Positions 26,449 through 40,347 of a DNA stretch of 64,000 bases are shown one piece after another. Each line of letters begins with the position of its first letter. The first letter of the stretch is position 1. This DNA comes from Octopus vulgaris. Lineage: Eukaryota. The stretch covers positions 69,440,001 through 69,504,000 of the forward strand of contig OX597816.1 of NCBI GenBank assembly GCA_951406725.2, in the 5' to 3' direction. The notes beneath the pieces were generated by a model, which saw only the letters and a program-made list of their open reading frames with translations, was not told the DNA's origin and made no database searches. The position numbers and the translations under genes are program-made.

Positions 26449-27257
26449 CATAGCTGACAGCTTCTTTATAGTTCTAATGTTTAAAAAGTCTTAATTTTGT
26501 ACATAATGTAATATATATTTGATATATGATTTTAGAGTAAGATTGATTTTGGTTGGCAATTGAGTAGGACAGGCACTTTGCTTTTCGATCTTAGCTACAA
26601 GCCAGGGCAGGAAATAAAACATTCAAATTTAAATAGGTAGAATTCGAATTCTGTTTTATGAAGCGGTAATGTACGAGACGCATTCACATGTGGAAACAAG
26701 AGATATATAATTTCAGCAAAAAAAGTAAAAACAAAGTGAAGATTTGAAAATCACGGAATGAGCTGTAACATTTAAAAGTCCATTTTTTGTGCAATGAACT
26801 AGTCATTAAGAATGAAAATAAATTATATGAAAACAACATGTTATGTGGACAGAAAATGTTACAAAATTAGGTAAGACAATACCCAGGAGCAAAAAGAGAG
26901 CACAATGACTTGCGGCCTTAAACACACTGACAAGATCTATTATCTTTTCAGTATATAAAAATAAAGTTTAAACACATATGCATCGATAGCACCATAGTGG
27001 CTCATAAAGAGAATAACACCCGTAGGTCTATCAGTACATAAACAAGCAAACCAAGGTGTTGAATAGTTAAACAACAGCACAGAATCATAACAAAAAATTT
27101 GTCTGAAGAATATATTATACATTCCTCACACTAATTCGTAAGTTATAACAAAATAGAAACATTTCAGCTAAGGATAGATATAGTGTTTGTATTACTGTTA
27201 TATAATGGAAAAAAGTAGGTAAAATATTAAACAAACTGGATACAAACTGAACAGCTT

Positions 27258-27794
27258 GTTACGTTCTGAGTTCGAAATCCGCCGAGGTCGACTTTGCCTT
27301 TCATCCTTTCGGGGTCGATAAATTAAGTACCACTTACGCACTGGGGTCGATATAATCGATTTAATCCGTTTGTCTGTCCTTGCTTGTCACCTCTGTGTGT
27401 AGCCCCTTGTGGGGAGTAAAGAAATAGGTATTTCGTCTGCTGTTACGTTCTGAGTTCAAATTCCGCCAAGGTCGACTTTGCCTTTCATCCTTTCGGGGTC
27501 GATTAAATAAGTACCAGTTACGCACTGAGGTCAATATAATCGACTTAATCCGTTTGCCTGTCCTTGTTTGTCCCCTCTGCGTGTAGCCCCTTGTGGGTAG
27601 TAAAGAAATAGTTATTTCGTCTGCTGTTACGTTCTGAGTTCAAATTCCGCCGAGGTCGACTTTGCCTTTCATCCATTCCAGGACGATAAATTAAGTACCA
27701 GTTACGCACTGGAGTCGGTGTTATAGACATAAACCCTTTGTCCGTCCTTGTTTGTCCCCTTTATGTTTAGCACACTGTAAGCAATAAAGAAATA
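27258..27794 (+). mobile_element. SINE family B head-to-tail trimer (~183-bp period), headless units
   Basis: GTTACGTTCTGAGTTC(A/G)AA(A/T)TCCGCC(A/G)AGGTCGACTTTGCCTTTCATCC...AAAGAAATA repeated 3 times. Confidence 0.93.
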
Positions 27795-28800
27795 CATATC
27801 ATAACTTACCACAAAATACTAATTAAAAGTAATACGATTGAGAAATAAACTTCTCATTGGCATCAAATCAGGCACTGAACTTTGTTATGACAAATGTGCA
27901 ATATAAAATTTCCGTCTAAATATGAAAGTTGTAAACATTGTTACATCAACCGCTTTGTCAGACACAAGCATAAGACAACTTTTATTCATTTGGTCATGCA
28001 TTTACAATAGGTAAATAAACAAAACACGAATCACACACGACTAGATACGAAAGACTCTTTCGAAACACAATATTCTCTATACAAATGTTTATAAATGCCA
28101 TTATTACTGTATATGATTTATAAATAGTAAACTGAAACACAAATCTCACAGAAGAAGTGCAACACAGTGGCAAAAATTATGAAAGAAACCAGATGTTTTC
28201 TGTTAAATAATATTAATACGTTTATATATTTGTCTTGCAAGATTTCGTCTTGCTAGCCTGGCTAGGGCTTATGTATATAAACAGAAGATACAAATATTAC
28301 AGGCATTTCTTCCCCACACACGCACACACACACTAACTAGACATAGACACACATAGAGGTATACGCATGCGCAAATGAAGACACATACACTAGGAATACA
28401 AAATACAACATGGCTGACCGTTAGTAAGGAGAGACACACAAATAAGAAAGAAGAAAGTAAAGGACCACTGATGAGGTCACAGGAGTGTGACGAAAGAACT
28501 CTGGCCGAAATAAGATTAAGATTAATGAAAAAAATGAATAACGCTGAAGCAAGGTAACACCAAATATATATGTTTTTATTGGTTAAACTGGCAAAATGAC
28601 CATTCCTAAATACAACAATATTAATACGACGATAATGAAATAATTAGGTACAACATTATGCCCACCGTGGCTTTGTGCATGTTGCAAAACATATAGCGCC
28701 AATAGCATAACTTTATTCAAAAGAAGACGCCAATAAGTAATAGAAGAGTGAATGCAGCTACGCACATTAGAGGTTCAAATTAAAACTGACAACGCATATA

Positions 28801-29203
28801 GGCGTAGGAGTGGCTGTGTGATAAGTAGCTGGCTTACGAACCACATGGTTCCGAGTTCAATACCACTGCGTGGCACCTTGGGCACGTTTCTTCTACTATA
28901 GCCTCGGGCCGACAAAAGCCTTGTGAGTGGTTTTGATAGACGGAAACTGAAAGAAGCCCATCGTATATATGTATATATAAATATGTATGTGTGTGTATGT
29001 GTTTGTGTGTCTGTGTTTCTCCCCCCAACATCGCTTGACAACCGATGCTTGTGTGTTTACGTCCCCGTCACTTAGCGGTTCTGCAAAAGAGACCGATAGA
29101 ATAAGTACTAGGCTTACAAAGGGTCGATTTGCTCGACTAAAAGGCGGTGCTTCAGCATGGCCGCAGTCAAATGACTGAAATAAGTAAAAAAGTTAAAGAA
29201 GAG
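28801..29203 (+). mobile_element. SINE family A, full length
   Basis: GGCGTAGGAGTGGCTGTGTG head, B-box-like GAGTTCAATACC, shared LINE-like tail. Confidence 0.95.
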
Positions 29204-29231
29204 TTCTTTTTAATCGCGGTGTCTTCAGTAC

Positions 29232-29325
29232 ATGTATGCATACACACATGCACACACATACACACACACACATACATACATACATACATACATACATACA
29301 TACATACATACATACATACATACAC

Positions 29326-29356
<31 letters not shown>

Positions 29357-29440
29357 TACATACATACATACATACATACATACATACATACATACATACA
29401 TACATACATACATACATACATACGCACACACACACACACA
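29232..29440. repeat. (TACA)n/(CA)n microsatellite
   Basis: Directly visible. Confidence 0.95.
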
Positions 29441-29752
29441 GACCTGCACGTACGGATGTGTGCAAACGGAAGAGATGTTTGTATATAATAATTCATGATG
29501 ATTATTTACTATCTCAGCAAGTTTATAAGATTTAAGCACGAAGAAATGCGTGTATGTGTTTGTGTGTGTCTATCTATCTGTGTGTTTGTTTGTGTCTGCG
29601 TGTGTGTTTGAGCGTGAACACGTGTATGCGTATATCTATATGGACATATCATATGGTCAGAAAGTACTTCTTTTTCTTTTACCCAGTTGTAGAGCAATAC
29701 ATTTTTTAAATGAGCGAAATAGGGATTTGTAGTATTTATGGCACCGACAAAA

Positions 29753-29868
29753 GCGGAAATGACGTCAGTAACGTTAATTACGACTCAACTGAGAATCGAA
29801 ACGTGGTCAGGGACGTCATATGTAGGTAATCCTCTGCTTGCTATCCGAATGTCCCCACCTAGTGGCGT
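29753..29868. promoter_or_regulatory. Candidate cis-regulatory island (ETS-CRE-like composite, CTCF-like motif)
   Basis: GCGGAAATGACGTCA (full CRE TGACGTCA at 29760-29767), GACGTCA at 29812-29818, and CGCCACTAGGTGGGGAC on the minus strand at 29851-29867. Motif match only. Confidence 0.25.
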
Positions 29869-30041
29869 TCCACTCATTTTGGTGTTGAAAATAGCGATTC
29901 CATTATTGTTCATGTACAGATCAAAGTTTGTTTTACACGTACGCATACATATATAAATTTGCATGTGAGTGTGTGCATTCGAGCTTATTATATAAGTAAC
30001 ACGATATATATATTTATTTATACATACATACATAAAAAGTA

Positions 30042-30097
<56 letters not shown>

Positions 30098-31435
30098 TGT
30101 ATATTTCTGTATGAGTATTTGTGTTGGTTGGGGTATGCATATATGTATATTAACACGTTCGTATTGGTGTATTTGCACCTACAAAAACATATATAACACA
30201 TATGCATATATATATATAAGCGGGCGTTGGTGGGAATGTGTGTGCGTGTGCCCATGTGTGTGTGTGTCTGTGTGTGTATATCTTCATATGTTTCATTATG
30301 CGTGTGTAAATGGTGGGGAGAGCGTCAATGGGTTTTATGGCACTGAGATATTGAATGAAGAAATGAAATCTATATAAACTCACATAGTGTAAGATCAAAT
30401 ACAAGAAAACTCACAACACTTAGTTCCTGAACAAATGCAAAACCCATTACATCACGTTGTGACTCACCATTCATCCGCTTGTTTTAAGATCAATATATTT
30501 ATTTATTTATGGAGTCGTTATATCTGTAGTATTCACATTACGAATATCACAGCATATCACAAAGCTAATGTTCATAATATTTTCCTTTTGTACTTCGACA
30601 AAGCGTTGGATTTATATGTCTCCTATCCTAAAACATTATAATAATGATAATATATCAACAGCATTATAATGGTTAAAGGATATGTTATATATAAAGAACA
30701 AATTACATTATGACACAACAGAACAATATCAAAAATGCAGGGCACACCCATCTGTGTTTACTAAGCACGCATTAAAGTGTAAGCGAAACTCATTCCGCTC
30801 CTACACAATACTCTCTTATAAAACGAGTGACACACATTTGATGTTTATAGTTCAATATATTCACGGTTGCTGACAAAACAGTTGTAATAAAATAAAACTG
30901 GATGGTCACGGCTGGAAAAATGTTTATTTTAGAATTGCAGGATATTCGCTTTGTCTTTAGAGAACAGCAGCAATTACACATGTTATGCAGTAAATTTACT
31001 CAGAAGAGAACAAAAACTGCTCCTTATCTAATTTATCTGATTGAAATAATATCTAAGTTTTCTTAAAATGCCAAACTACACATTAGTTATGAACGCGTTT
31101 TCTGATGCAATGAAGTCTTAAATATATTTAAAAAAAACAAATAGATTCTAGTCGACCCACTCTGATTTAGATGACCTGTTTTCGCATATACACGTAACTA
31201 TACAATTGTGTATGCGGTGTATAAATGTATATGCACGTCTCTATTTTATTTTGTATAAGCATTTATATTCACATGCATGCATACTTATATGTGTATGTAT
31301 GTATGGACAGCAAGAAGATCAGATGCAAATACTTCTGCAAAAAATTTCATATTCACGTGATATGATTTGGGTGTGCAAATTAGATCGACCTAGCAAGGTG
31401 CCTCAATTTAAGTACCTAACTCAACTGAATCTTAT

Positions 31436-31818
31436 ATACTCTTTTACTTGTTTAAGTCATTTGACTGCGGCCATGCTGGAGCACTGCCTTCAGTCGAGAA
31501 AATCAACCCGGCACTTATTCTTTGTAAGCCCAGTACTTATTCTATCGGTCACTTTTGCCGAACCGCTAAGTGACGGGGACGCAAACACACCAGCATCGGT
31601 TCTCAAGCAATGCTAGGGGGACAAACACAGACACACATACACATATATACATATATACGACAGGCTTCTCTCAGTTTCCGTTTACCAAATCCACTCACAA
31701 GGCATTAGTCGGCCCGGGGCTATAGCAGAAGACACTTGCCCAAGATGCCACGCAGTTGGACTGAACCCGGAAGCATGTGGTTGGTTAGCAAGCTACTTAC
31801 CACACAGCCACCCCTGCA

Positions 31819-31821
<3 letters not shown>
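31436..31821 (-). mobile_element. SINE family A, full length
   Basis: Reverse-complement match to the 28801 and 37598 copies. Confidence 0.95.
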
Positions 31822-31867
<46 letters not shown>

Positions 31868-31899
31868 TTCAAAAGATTTCGTTTGAGACTCCTTGGTAC

Positions 31900-32200
31900 T
31901 CTGAATTTGAAGCACTAGATTCGTTCTGCAGAAGGTGGGTTTTTAATGATGTCTTTTTGAAATTTGACAACGAAAAGATGTTGTTTAGCTTACGCGGTGA
32001 CATATTATTCCATATGCTAATACTGGTATGAACAACGTTTTTTAAATAAATTGATACTCGACAAAAGGGCGTCTCAAAATTCAAGTCAGCAATGCCTCTT
32101 GTTTGGTAGTTATGAGGGAGTGAATGGCGACGGATTATTTAATAGAAATAAATATGGCGGTGATGATGAAATATTTTGTGGAACTTGACGGCAGAATTGT
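31900..32200 (-). pseudogene. Decayed L2/CR1/Crack-type LINE ORF2 C-terminus
   Basis: FETPFCRV...SISIWNNMSPRKLNNIFSLSNFKKTSLKTHLL resembles the WNxLP...SLxxFKxxLKxHL end motif. Confidence 0.55.
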
Positions 32201-32203
32201 GTT

Positions 32204-32280
<77 letters not shown>

Positions 32281-32677
32281 GAAAGTAATTTTGATTGAAT
32301 ATTGCTTATTTTGAGACTCTTGCATAATTTATGAAAGACAATTTCTCTAGGCAGCAACACGGCAAGAGAATTTTGAGTATATTAAAGAATAAAGTATATT
32401 AAAGAATTATAAAGAGTGATTCAAATATTATAGGGGAAGAAAGTAAAAAATTATCAGCTGATTGAACCAATTTACAATTATTATTTGGGACCACCAAGCC
32501 CCCAGTATCAGTTGACGGCCTCGGAAAACTCTTAATCAACCCCTTTCTTTCTTGATATCATTTTTATTTTGTGTAAGTCGGACATGACTATATGTAAACA
32601 TATGTATATTTATTATATTAAATTTATTCAATATCTTTTGTGCATCGACTTGCCTAACTTGCTTATGCTTACATTTA

Positions 32678-32726
<49 letters not shown>

Positions 32727-32751
32727 ATATATGTATATATATATGTATGTA

Positions 32752-32944
<193 letters not shown>

Positions 32945-33512
32945 ATATATATAATTCATAGGTGTTGAACATACAACTACATATTACTGATACGTTGAGT
33001 GGTATGTATTTTCTCATTGTAAGATAACAGACTTAAATTGAAGATATCCTTATACGTTTAAAATCGTTCAGAAGTTTCTTTTAATATTATTTCATTTCAT
33101 TCACATTTCACTGAGAACCACACTCTACTGAATAATCATGTCTGATTAATTCCTCAAGTGTTGTACATTTTATATGAAGCTGATGTAATATAGAATGAAT
33201 ATATGTATCTCTAATTTTTAATGGTAATATAAATGCGTACGCTTTGTTAACATTTATACATATCCAATTGTCTACCGAAATACAGAACTATAATGAGAGA
33301 ATTAAAATGTTTCTCTTATCCTGGAGTTATTTCTAATTTTATCACCGTATATATATGATACGTTCAAAAACTTGCCCTTTGTGAAATACGAAAGTTTCCA
33401 AGAAACTCTACGCTGAGGTGTCACGAACGCATCTTCTTAGCTACAAATAATAAAATCAAAGGTATACTGAGTTTTATTTATTTAGTTGCATTCCTTCCGT
33501 TTGTCAGATGAT

Positions 33513-33734
33513 GTATATATATATAGAGAGAGATATTTAGATATATGTGTGTATATAAATATATATATAAGAGGTTGTGTATATATATATATTTGTACAT
33601 ATATACATTTATATATAGACATACATATGCATGTACATAAATATATATATATATATACATACAAATATATATACATATACATGTACATAAATATATATAT
33701 ACATACAAATATATATACATATACATATATATAC

Positions 33735-33767
<33 letters not shown>

Positions 33768-33845
33768 CATACATACAAATATATATATACATGCATATAT
33801 ATACAAATATATATATATATACATGTATATATATACATACAAATA

Positions 33846-33890
<45 letters not shown>

Positions 33891-34254
33891 ATACAGATAT
33901 ATATATATATACATACATACAGATATATATATATATATACATGTATATATATACATATATACATAAATATATATATATATACATACATATATATATATAT
34001 ATACATGTATATATATACATATATACATACAAATATATATATATGTATATATACACAAATATATATATAAATATATATATATATATGTATATATATACAA
34101 ATATATATATATATATACATGTATATATATATACATATATACATACAAATATATATATATATATACATGTATATATATACAAATATATATATATATACAT
34201 ACAAATATATATACATATATATATATATAATACAAATATATATACATATACATG

Positions 34255-34286
<32 letters not shown>

Positions 34287-34500
34287 TACAAATATATATA
34301 CATATACATGTATATATATATGTATATATATACATACAAATATATATACATATACATACATATATATATGTATATATATATACATACAAATATATATACA
34401 TATACATGCATATATATATGTATATATATATACATACAAATATATATATATATATATGTATATATATATGTATATATATATACATATAATATATATACAT

Positions 34501-34535
<35 letters not shown>

Positions 34536-34587
34536 CAAATATATATACATATACATGTATATATATATATATACATACAAATATATA

Positions 34588-34642
<55 letters not shown>

Positions 34643-34835
34643 CAAATATATATACATATACATGTATATATATGTATATATATAATATACATACAAATAT
34701 ATATACATACAAATATATATACATATATATATATATACATATACATGTATATATATAAATATATACATACATATATTTATACATATACATGTATATATAT
34801 ATATATACATACAAATATATATACATATATATATA
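33513..34835. repeat. (TA)n-derived minisatellite with recurring unit ATACATACAAATATATATACATATACATGTAT(AT)n
   Basis: Unit recurs many times and continues at 35220-35320 beyond the Helitron. Confidence 0.9.
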
Positions 34836-35219
34836 CTAGCAGTATCGCCCGGCGTTGCTCAGGTTTGTAAGGGAAATAACTATAAAGCATTTTTAGAGAG
34901 TTATAGCCAAAAATAGCAAAAAAATGGAAAAAAATGATGGTAAATTTTTATTTGAGATTTAAAAAAGGTGGAGTTGCGTCCCCTAGACAGTTTGTGGTTC
35001 GTGTTTCTGATTCTCGACCCCATGTCGAATTTATCGATTTTTTTCAGAACTGGGGGAACTTTTCAAAATTTTCGCTGCGTTAGTTTTGAATTATGACATT
35101 GGGCTATGTGTGTGTCAAGTTTCATCAGAATCGGTTGAAAGCCGTGGTCAGGGTGAGGGTACAAGCAAACAGACACACAGAAACACGCACAGACAAACTG
35201 CCGTTTATATATAGAGAGA
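34836..35219 (-). mobile_element. Non-autonomous Helitron, copy 1
   Basis: Minus strand begins A|TC(TCTCTATATATAAACGGCAG) and ends with hairpin CCTGAGCAACGCCGGG + CGATACTG-CTAG|T. Inserted in an AT dinucleotide with no TSD. Confidence 0.85.
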
Positions 35220-35310
35220 TATACATACAAATATATATACATATATATATATATATACATACAAATATATATACATATACATGTATATATGCATACAAAT
35301 ATATATACAT

Positions 35311-35401
<91 letters not shown>

Positions 35402-36959
35402 CATAGATATGTATGTATGTATGTACGCATATGTACATACCTGCTTGATTTCCTAAACACGTACGTAAAAAGACAAAAAATTCAGTATGTATTTCACTTG
35501 ACGCGTCTCCCAGATACGATTTTACATCAACGTTCTAATGTAACAAACTTGCTAATGTCCAGATTAATTAACACAAGACCTAATTGATTACAGTAATATT
35601 GGTTGATTAAAATAAGACATTAATCAACTTCCATATATCAAATGCTATTCTACTTGTTTTTACTTTTTATATTTTTTAATCATATTTTTGTTTCCATATT
35701 CTTATTACCATATATTTAATAACGGCCGACTGATTTTGTCGATTGACTTATTATCGACTAAAGTTTCCATATTTTGTATAATGTGTCCTCCTCAATACAT
35801 TCGATTACAGAAAGTGTCTAGACAGTGAGAAAGTTCCACATAATCTGAAAGTTTACTGAAATAATATCCTTCGTATCCACTTTGGTGTTATTTCTTGCTT
35901 CTTAGACTTGTGGAAATATATTTGCAACCTTCTTTTTCATGGTCACTTGGTTTAAAGGACACGGATTTTATGACATTTTCCTAAAGAAATAATAGGACAT
36001 CACATACTGTTGTTGTAGGATACCATGTACTTTGGAATTGCAATAATTAAGTTCTATGTTGGTTGAATAAAACGTATTTAAGTGAAATACCAGATGGTTT
36101 CTGCGTATTGTGTTTGATGTAAAGTTCTGATGAAAGAATGTCCATGGACGGTAGCATTTGTAACTAGGTCGTTAACACTGGACACATTTACAAGAAAAAT
36201 GCATGACGAATAAGCATTCTATCGTTCAAACAATCGTGAAATATAAAATAAAAATTATATGCTCCGATCTTCAATTTCTAGCATTAAATCTGCACGGCAG
36301 AAATATAATTTGCGGATTTTCTGTTAATTTGTAAAAACGGTTTTAAGTTTCATAAGGGGATAGCCCACCTGAAAGACATATTGCTCCGTTTCCTCTTGAC
36401 TTCCGAATTGTTTATCTGTTAAGCAGATCTTCTACAATGTAAAATTTGTCATAGAAAATTCTGGGATACCAAAATTTTCTTATGCTAACGTAATAGTGTT
36501 TTGTGTTACGATTATAGACTAAAGATCCACATGTCAAAAAGAAATATTTTATTGGGCTTGCTTACAAACATACATTTATAAATATAAACAATTACTCTTG
36601 CCACATATACAAAGTAATACGCTTACATTGATATATATATAAAACTCTATTATACATTCCACAAGTGGTCATATACAAATCATTTGATACGCAAGCCAAC
36701 ATGCACACTCTCACACACACACACATACACATACACACACACATACATACAGACCCGCTCAAGCATATGTATACATATACATATATATGTATACATACAC
36801 ATACATACACACACATATGTATCTATGAACGGCGTTGAGTTGTCAAAGATTTAAACCAAATTTTCTCAAAACAACTTGTCCGACCATCCCATAGGCCTCC
36901 CCTTTGAGAAACAGTAGTTTAGCCTAAATTTGAGACACCAGCAAAAGAAGAAATAAAGA

Positions 36960-37178
36960 TAGATTTTTTTTCTATTCTAAAACGATTTTACAAATGCACG
37001 TTCCAACGGCTTTATCGATCGCATTCTCTCCTGGGGTCGATTTTTGTAATTTTCCGAAGAGTTATACACGCCCTGATACCGTCAGTATCTACATATCAAA
37101 TTTGAGCGCAATCGGATGGAGGATGCCCGAGATCCTTGAAGACACACACACACACGCACACGGATTTTATATAATAGA
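36960..37178 (-). mobile_element. Helitron-like non-autonomous fragment (5' end)
   Basis: Minus strand begins A|TCTATTATATAAAATC, with (CA)n and CAAATTTGAGCGCAATCGG arranged as in the other Helitron copies. No 3' CTAG end seen. Confidence 0.45.
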
Positions 37179-37227
37179 TGTATGTATATATGTATCTAAA
37201 TCTATATCGATGTATTTATTGATAATT

Positions 37228-37595
37228 TTAATCCAAACAAGAAAGCACAAGAAACACAACAACGCGAGGACGTGGAACAAATATAGTATTATTGGGCGCT
37301 CAGGAAAGAAGGAGGGTTTAACGTTTCCAGCGGAGCTCTTCGTCAGAAACATAGGTAAAGGAAAGATCCAAAGAAGGGAAGACGGAGGAAAGAAATCGCC
37401 AACGGTACACAGGCATTCCTATGTGTGTGTATCGATCTATATATATCTATCCTTATGTAAAGGATATATATATATATATATATATATGAGGTCTCTTTCT
37501 TTCTTTCTTCGGAAAAATAGGAGAAGGAAAGATCCAGAGAAGGGAAGACAGAGGAAAAAAAATCGCCAACGGTACACACGAGGTCACATTTTGAA
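37228..37595 (-). mobile_element. Short HHR-bearing PLE-end-like element with an internal templated insertion
   Basis: Homologous to 13585-13890 in inverted orientation. Its 5' part is present twice (37351-37412 and 37512-37580). HHR-like motif at 37316-37350 (-). Confidence 0.75.
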
Positions 37596-37597
37596 AG

Positions 37598-38010
37598 GCG
37601 TAGGAGTAGCTATGTGGTAAGTAGCTTGCTTACCAACCACATGGTTCCAGGTTCAGTCCCACTGCGTGGTACCTTGGGCAAGTGTCTTCTACTATAGCTT
37701 CGGGCCGACCAAAGCCTTGTGAGTGGATTTGGTAGGCGGAAACTGAAAGAAGCCCGTCGTATATATGTATTTATATATGTAAGTGTGTGTCTGTGTTTTT
37801 GTGTCTGTGTTTTTCTTCTCAACATCGCTTGATAACCGATGCTGGTGTGTTTACGTCCCGTAACTTAGCAGTTCGGCTAACGAGACAGATACAATAAGTA
37901 CTAGGCTTACAAAGAATAAGTCCTGGGGTCGATTTGCTCAACTAAAGGCGGTGCTCCAGCATGACTGCAGTCAAATGACTGAAACAAGTAAAAGAATAAA
38001 AGAGTAAAAG
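37598..38010 (+). mobile_element. SINE family A, full length
   Basis: Same head, body and tail as 28801. Confidence 0.95.
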
Positions 38011-39747
38011 ACTATACTTATACACCACACATCCATAAACATGTAAAAGTGTGCGCGTGCGTATGTAATTGTTGGCGTTTAGAAGAATGTGTGCACGATT
38101 AACTAATACGATATCGTCTCCATCTTCTGAGTATAACATTATTTACAGAACAGACAGCAGATAAAATTAAATAAAATAACATTTACATTGATATTTCGAT
38201 TAAAATTCTTGTTTGAGTTTTTCTATTCCATTAATCATCGCACACATATCTACTAGCAAATTATTTTTCTATTTACTTACATTGATTTTATCAAACTGTG
38301 ACACTCAGCAGTGTTCTTTTCCTTTATACCAAAATTACTACATATATGAATTGTGTTTAAGTATTGCAATAAACAGTTATTACAATGAAGAAGAAAACAT
38401 AACAGCGAAAGAGAAAGTATTATTAAATGTTATAATGAAGAAGATTGAAATAATAAAAATGCCCAATGTAGTTTACGATTTACTGCACACAGCTAAATCT
38501 CTACTACGAATTTCTTTCGTTTTCCAACTCTATTTATGTTTATAATATCATGGTGTCAATTGATTAGTAGGTATCTCAAACCAATAATATTTCACTGCTT
38601 GCGCTATTTTCATTTTGTCTTCTATGAGTCTTCATTTTACCTTGAACCTAGCTTCTTTTCCATTAAGTGTGCACATGTCATTTGCCATCGCATACTAGAT
38701 ATTTTCTGCTCTATTCCATGTCCACTCCATGGTGTTCGAAGCAATACACCTCTGTGAATCAGAATGCGTTTGCTATATGTGTCGTTGCTCCTATTCCATT
38801 TGGATATGGAAATATATATAATACGTATTTATATGAGTACGTCTGTGTGAGTGTGATAAAGAAGAGATGAGAGGGAGAGAAAGGAAGAAAGAAAGATAGA
38901 TCTATTCATATTAAAGAACTATTCGTAGTAGATATGATGCGCAAGTGGTTACTTTAATCTAATACTGCATGCTTTGTATGTAACGGAACTCTAATCAGCT
39001 GGGAGGCTTTTAGCAACAGTAGTAACTATTCACGCATTGTTTTTCTATATCTTTGACAAAAAATTTCGTCTGAGCTTGCGAATTGGGTGTGATACCGAGT
39101 AAGACAATGCACAACGTGTTGCAAATGTATATCTAGCAATCTCAGAAACTGCAGCCAGGAACATTTAAGTTTACCTCCGATATATACTGTGAGTCTAATC
39201 TCACAGTATGTCCATATTATCTCCGGGTGAATATCGCAGTAAATTTTCAGATCATGATGAGGAATGATAGATGGGTGATTAATTTAATCAGCTAGAGCTT
39301 CTATTGCATATAATGGCTGGTACTTCGTCCGGGAAACATCGGTAAGTTTTCATTCACCGATTTTTATATTTTTTAGACGGTTAGCGGCGTGAACGAGAAA
39401 ATATAAAACAACCTACACCACAGAACTGGAGACCTAACGGTATAATCATCCCGTGTTGATTTTCTGCATCCGATATATAATGGCATGTAGTAAACACAGC
39501 ATATCAATAAGCGATATTATCTCCAGACGAATAAAGCAGTAAATTAGCTCTTCGAAAACGATTTAGATTGAGGCTGATGCACAAAACTGTGTGTATATGT
39601 ACATGCATGCATACATACATACCACACACACATACATATATATGCACACATATGCATATATGTACTATACGCATATAAGTATATATACATTTACACATGC
39701 ACATTCACACACACAATCTCACACACATACATACATATGTATGTGTA

Positions 39748-39789
<42 letters not shown>

Positions 39790-39793
<4 letters not shown>

Positions 39794-39925
39794 AAAATAT
39801 ATATTAATTACACTATTTAAATATAGTAGTGTATTATATATATAAATATATATATATATATATTTAAATATATATATTAATTACACTATTTAAATATAGT
39901 AGTGTATTATATATATATAAATATA
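39790..39925. repeat. ~73-bp direct duplication within TA-rich sequence
   Basis: ATTAATTACACTATTTAAATATAGTAGTGTATTATATATATAAAT occurs twice. Confidence 0.9.
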
Positions 39926-40072
39926 TATATATATACATATATATATACATATATATATACATATATATATACATATATATATATACATATATATATACAT
40001 ATATATATACATATATATATATACATATATATATACATATATATATACATATATATACATATATATATATAC

Positions 40073-40107
<35 letters not shown>

Positions 40108-40178
40108 CATATATATATACATATATATATACATATATATATATATATACATATATATATACATATATATATATATAC

Positions 40179-40237
<59 letters not shown>

Positions 40238-40264
40238 CATATATATATACATATATATATATAC

Positions 40265-40297
<33 letters not shown>

Positions 40298-40347
40298 CAT
40301 ATATATATACATATATATATACATATATATATAGTATATACTATATA

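Noticed and set aside
28801-28875. tRNA gene
   Set aside because: tRNA-derived SINE head with no complete cloverleaf, continuing into the SINE body. The same applies to the other SINE heads.
33478-34870. Long ORFs up to 442 aa (also at 40.9-43.0 kb and 62.5-63.4 kb)
   Set aside because: YI/IY/HT-repeat translations of TA/CA microsatellites, which lack stop codons by construction.
35770-36350. Possible piggyBac C-terminal remnant on the minus strand
   Set aside because: Only vague Cys/His spacing; no catalytic motif, TIR or TTAA pair identified.
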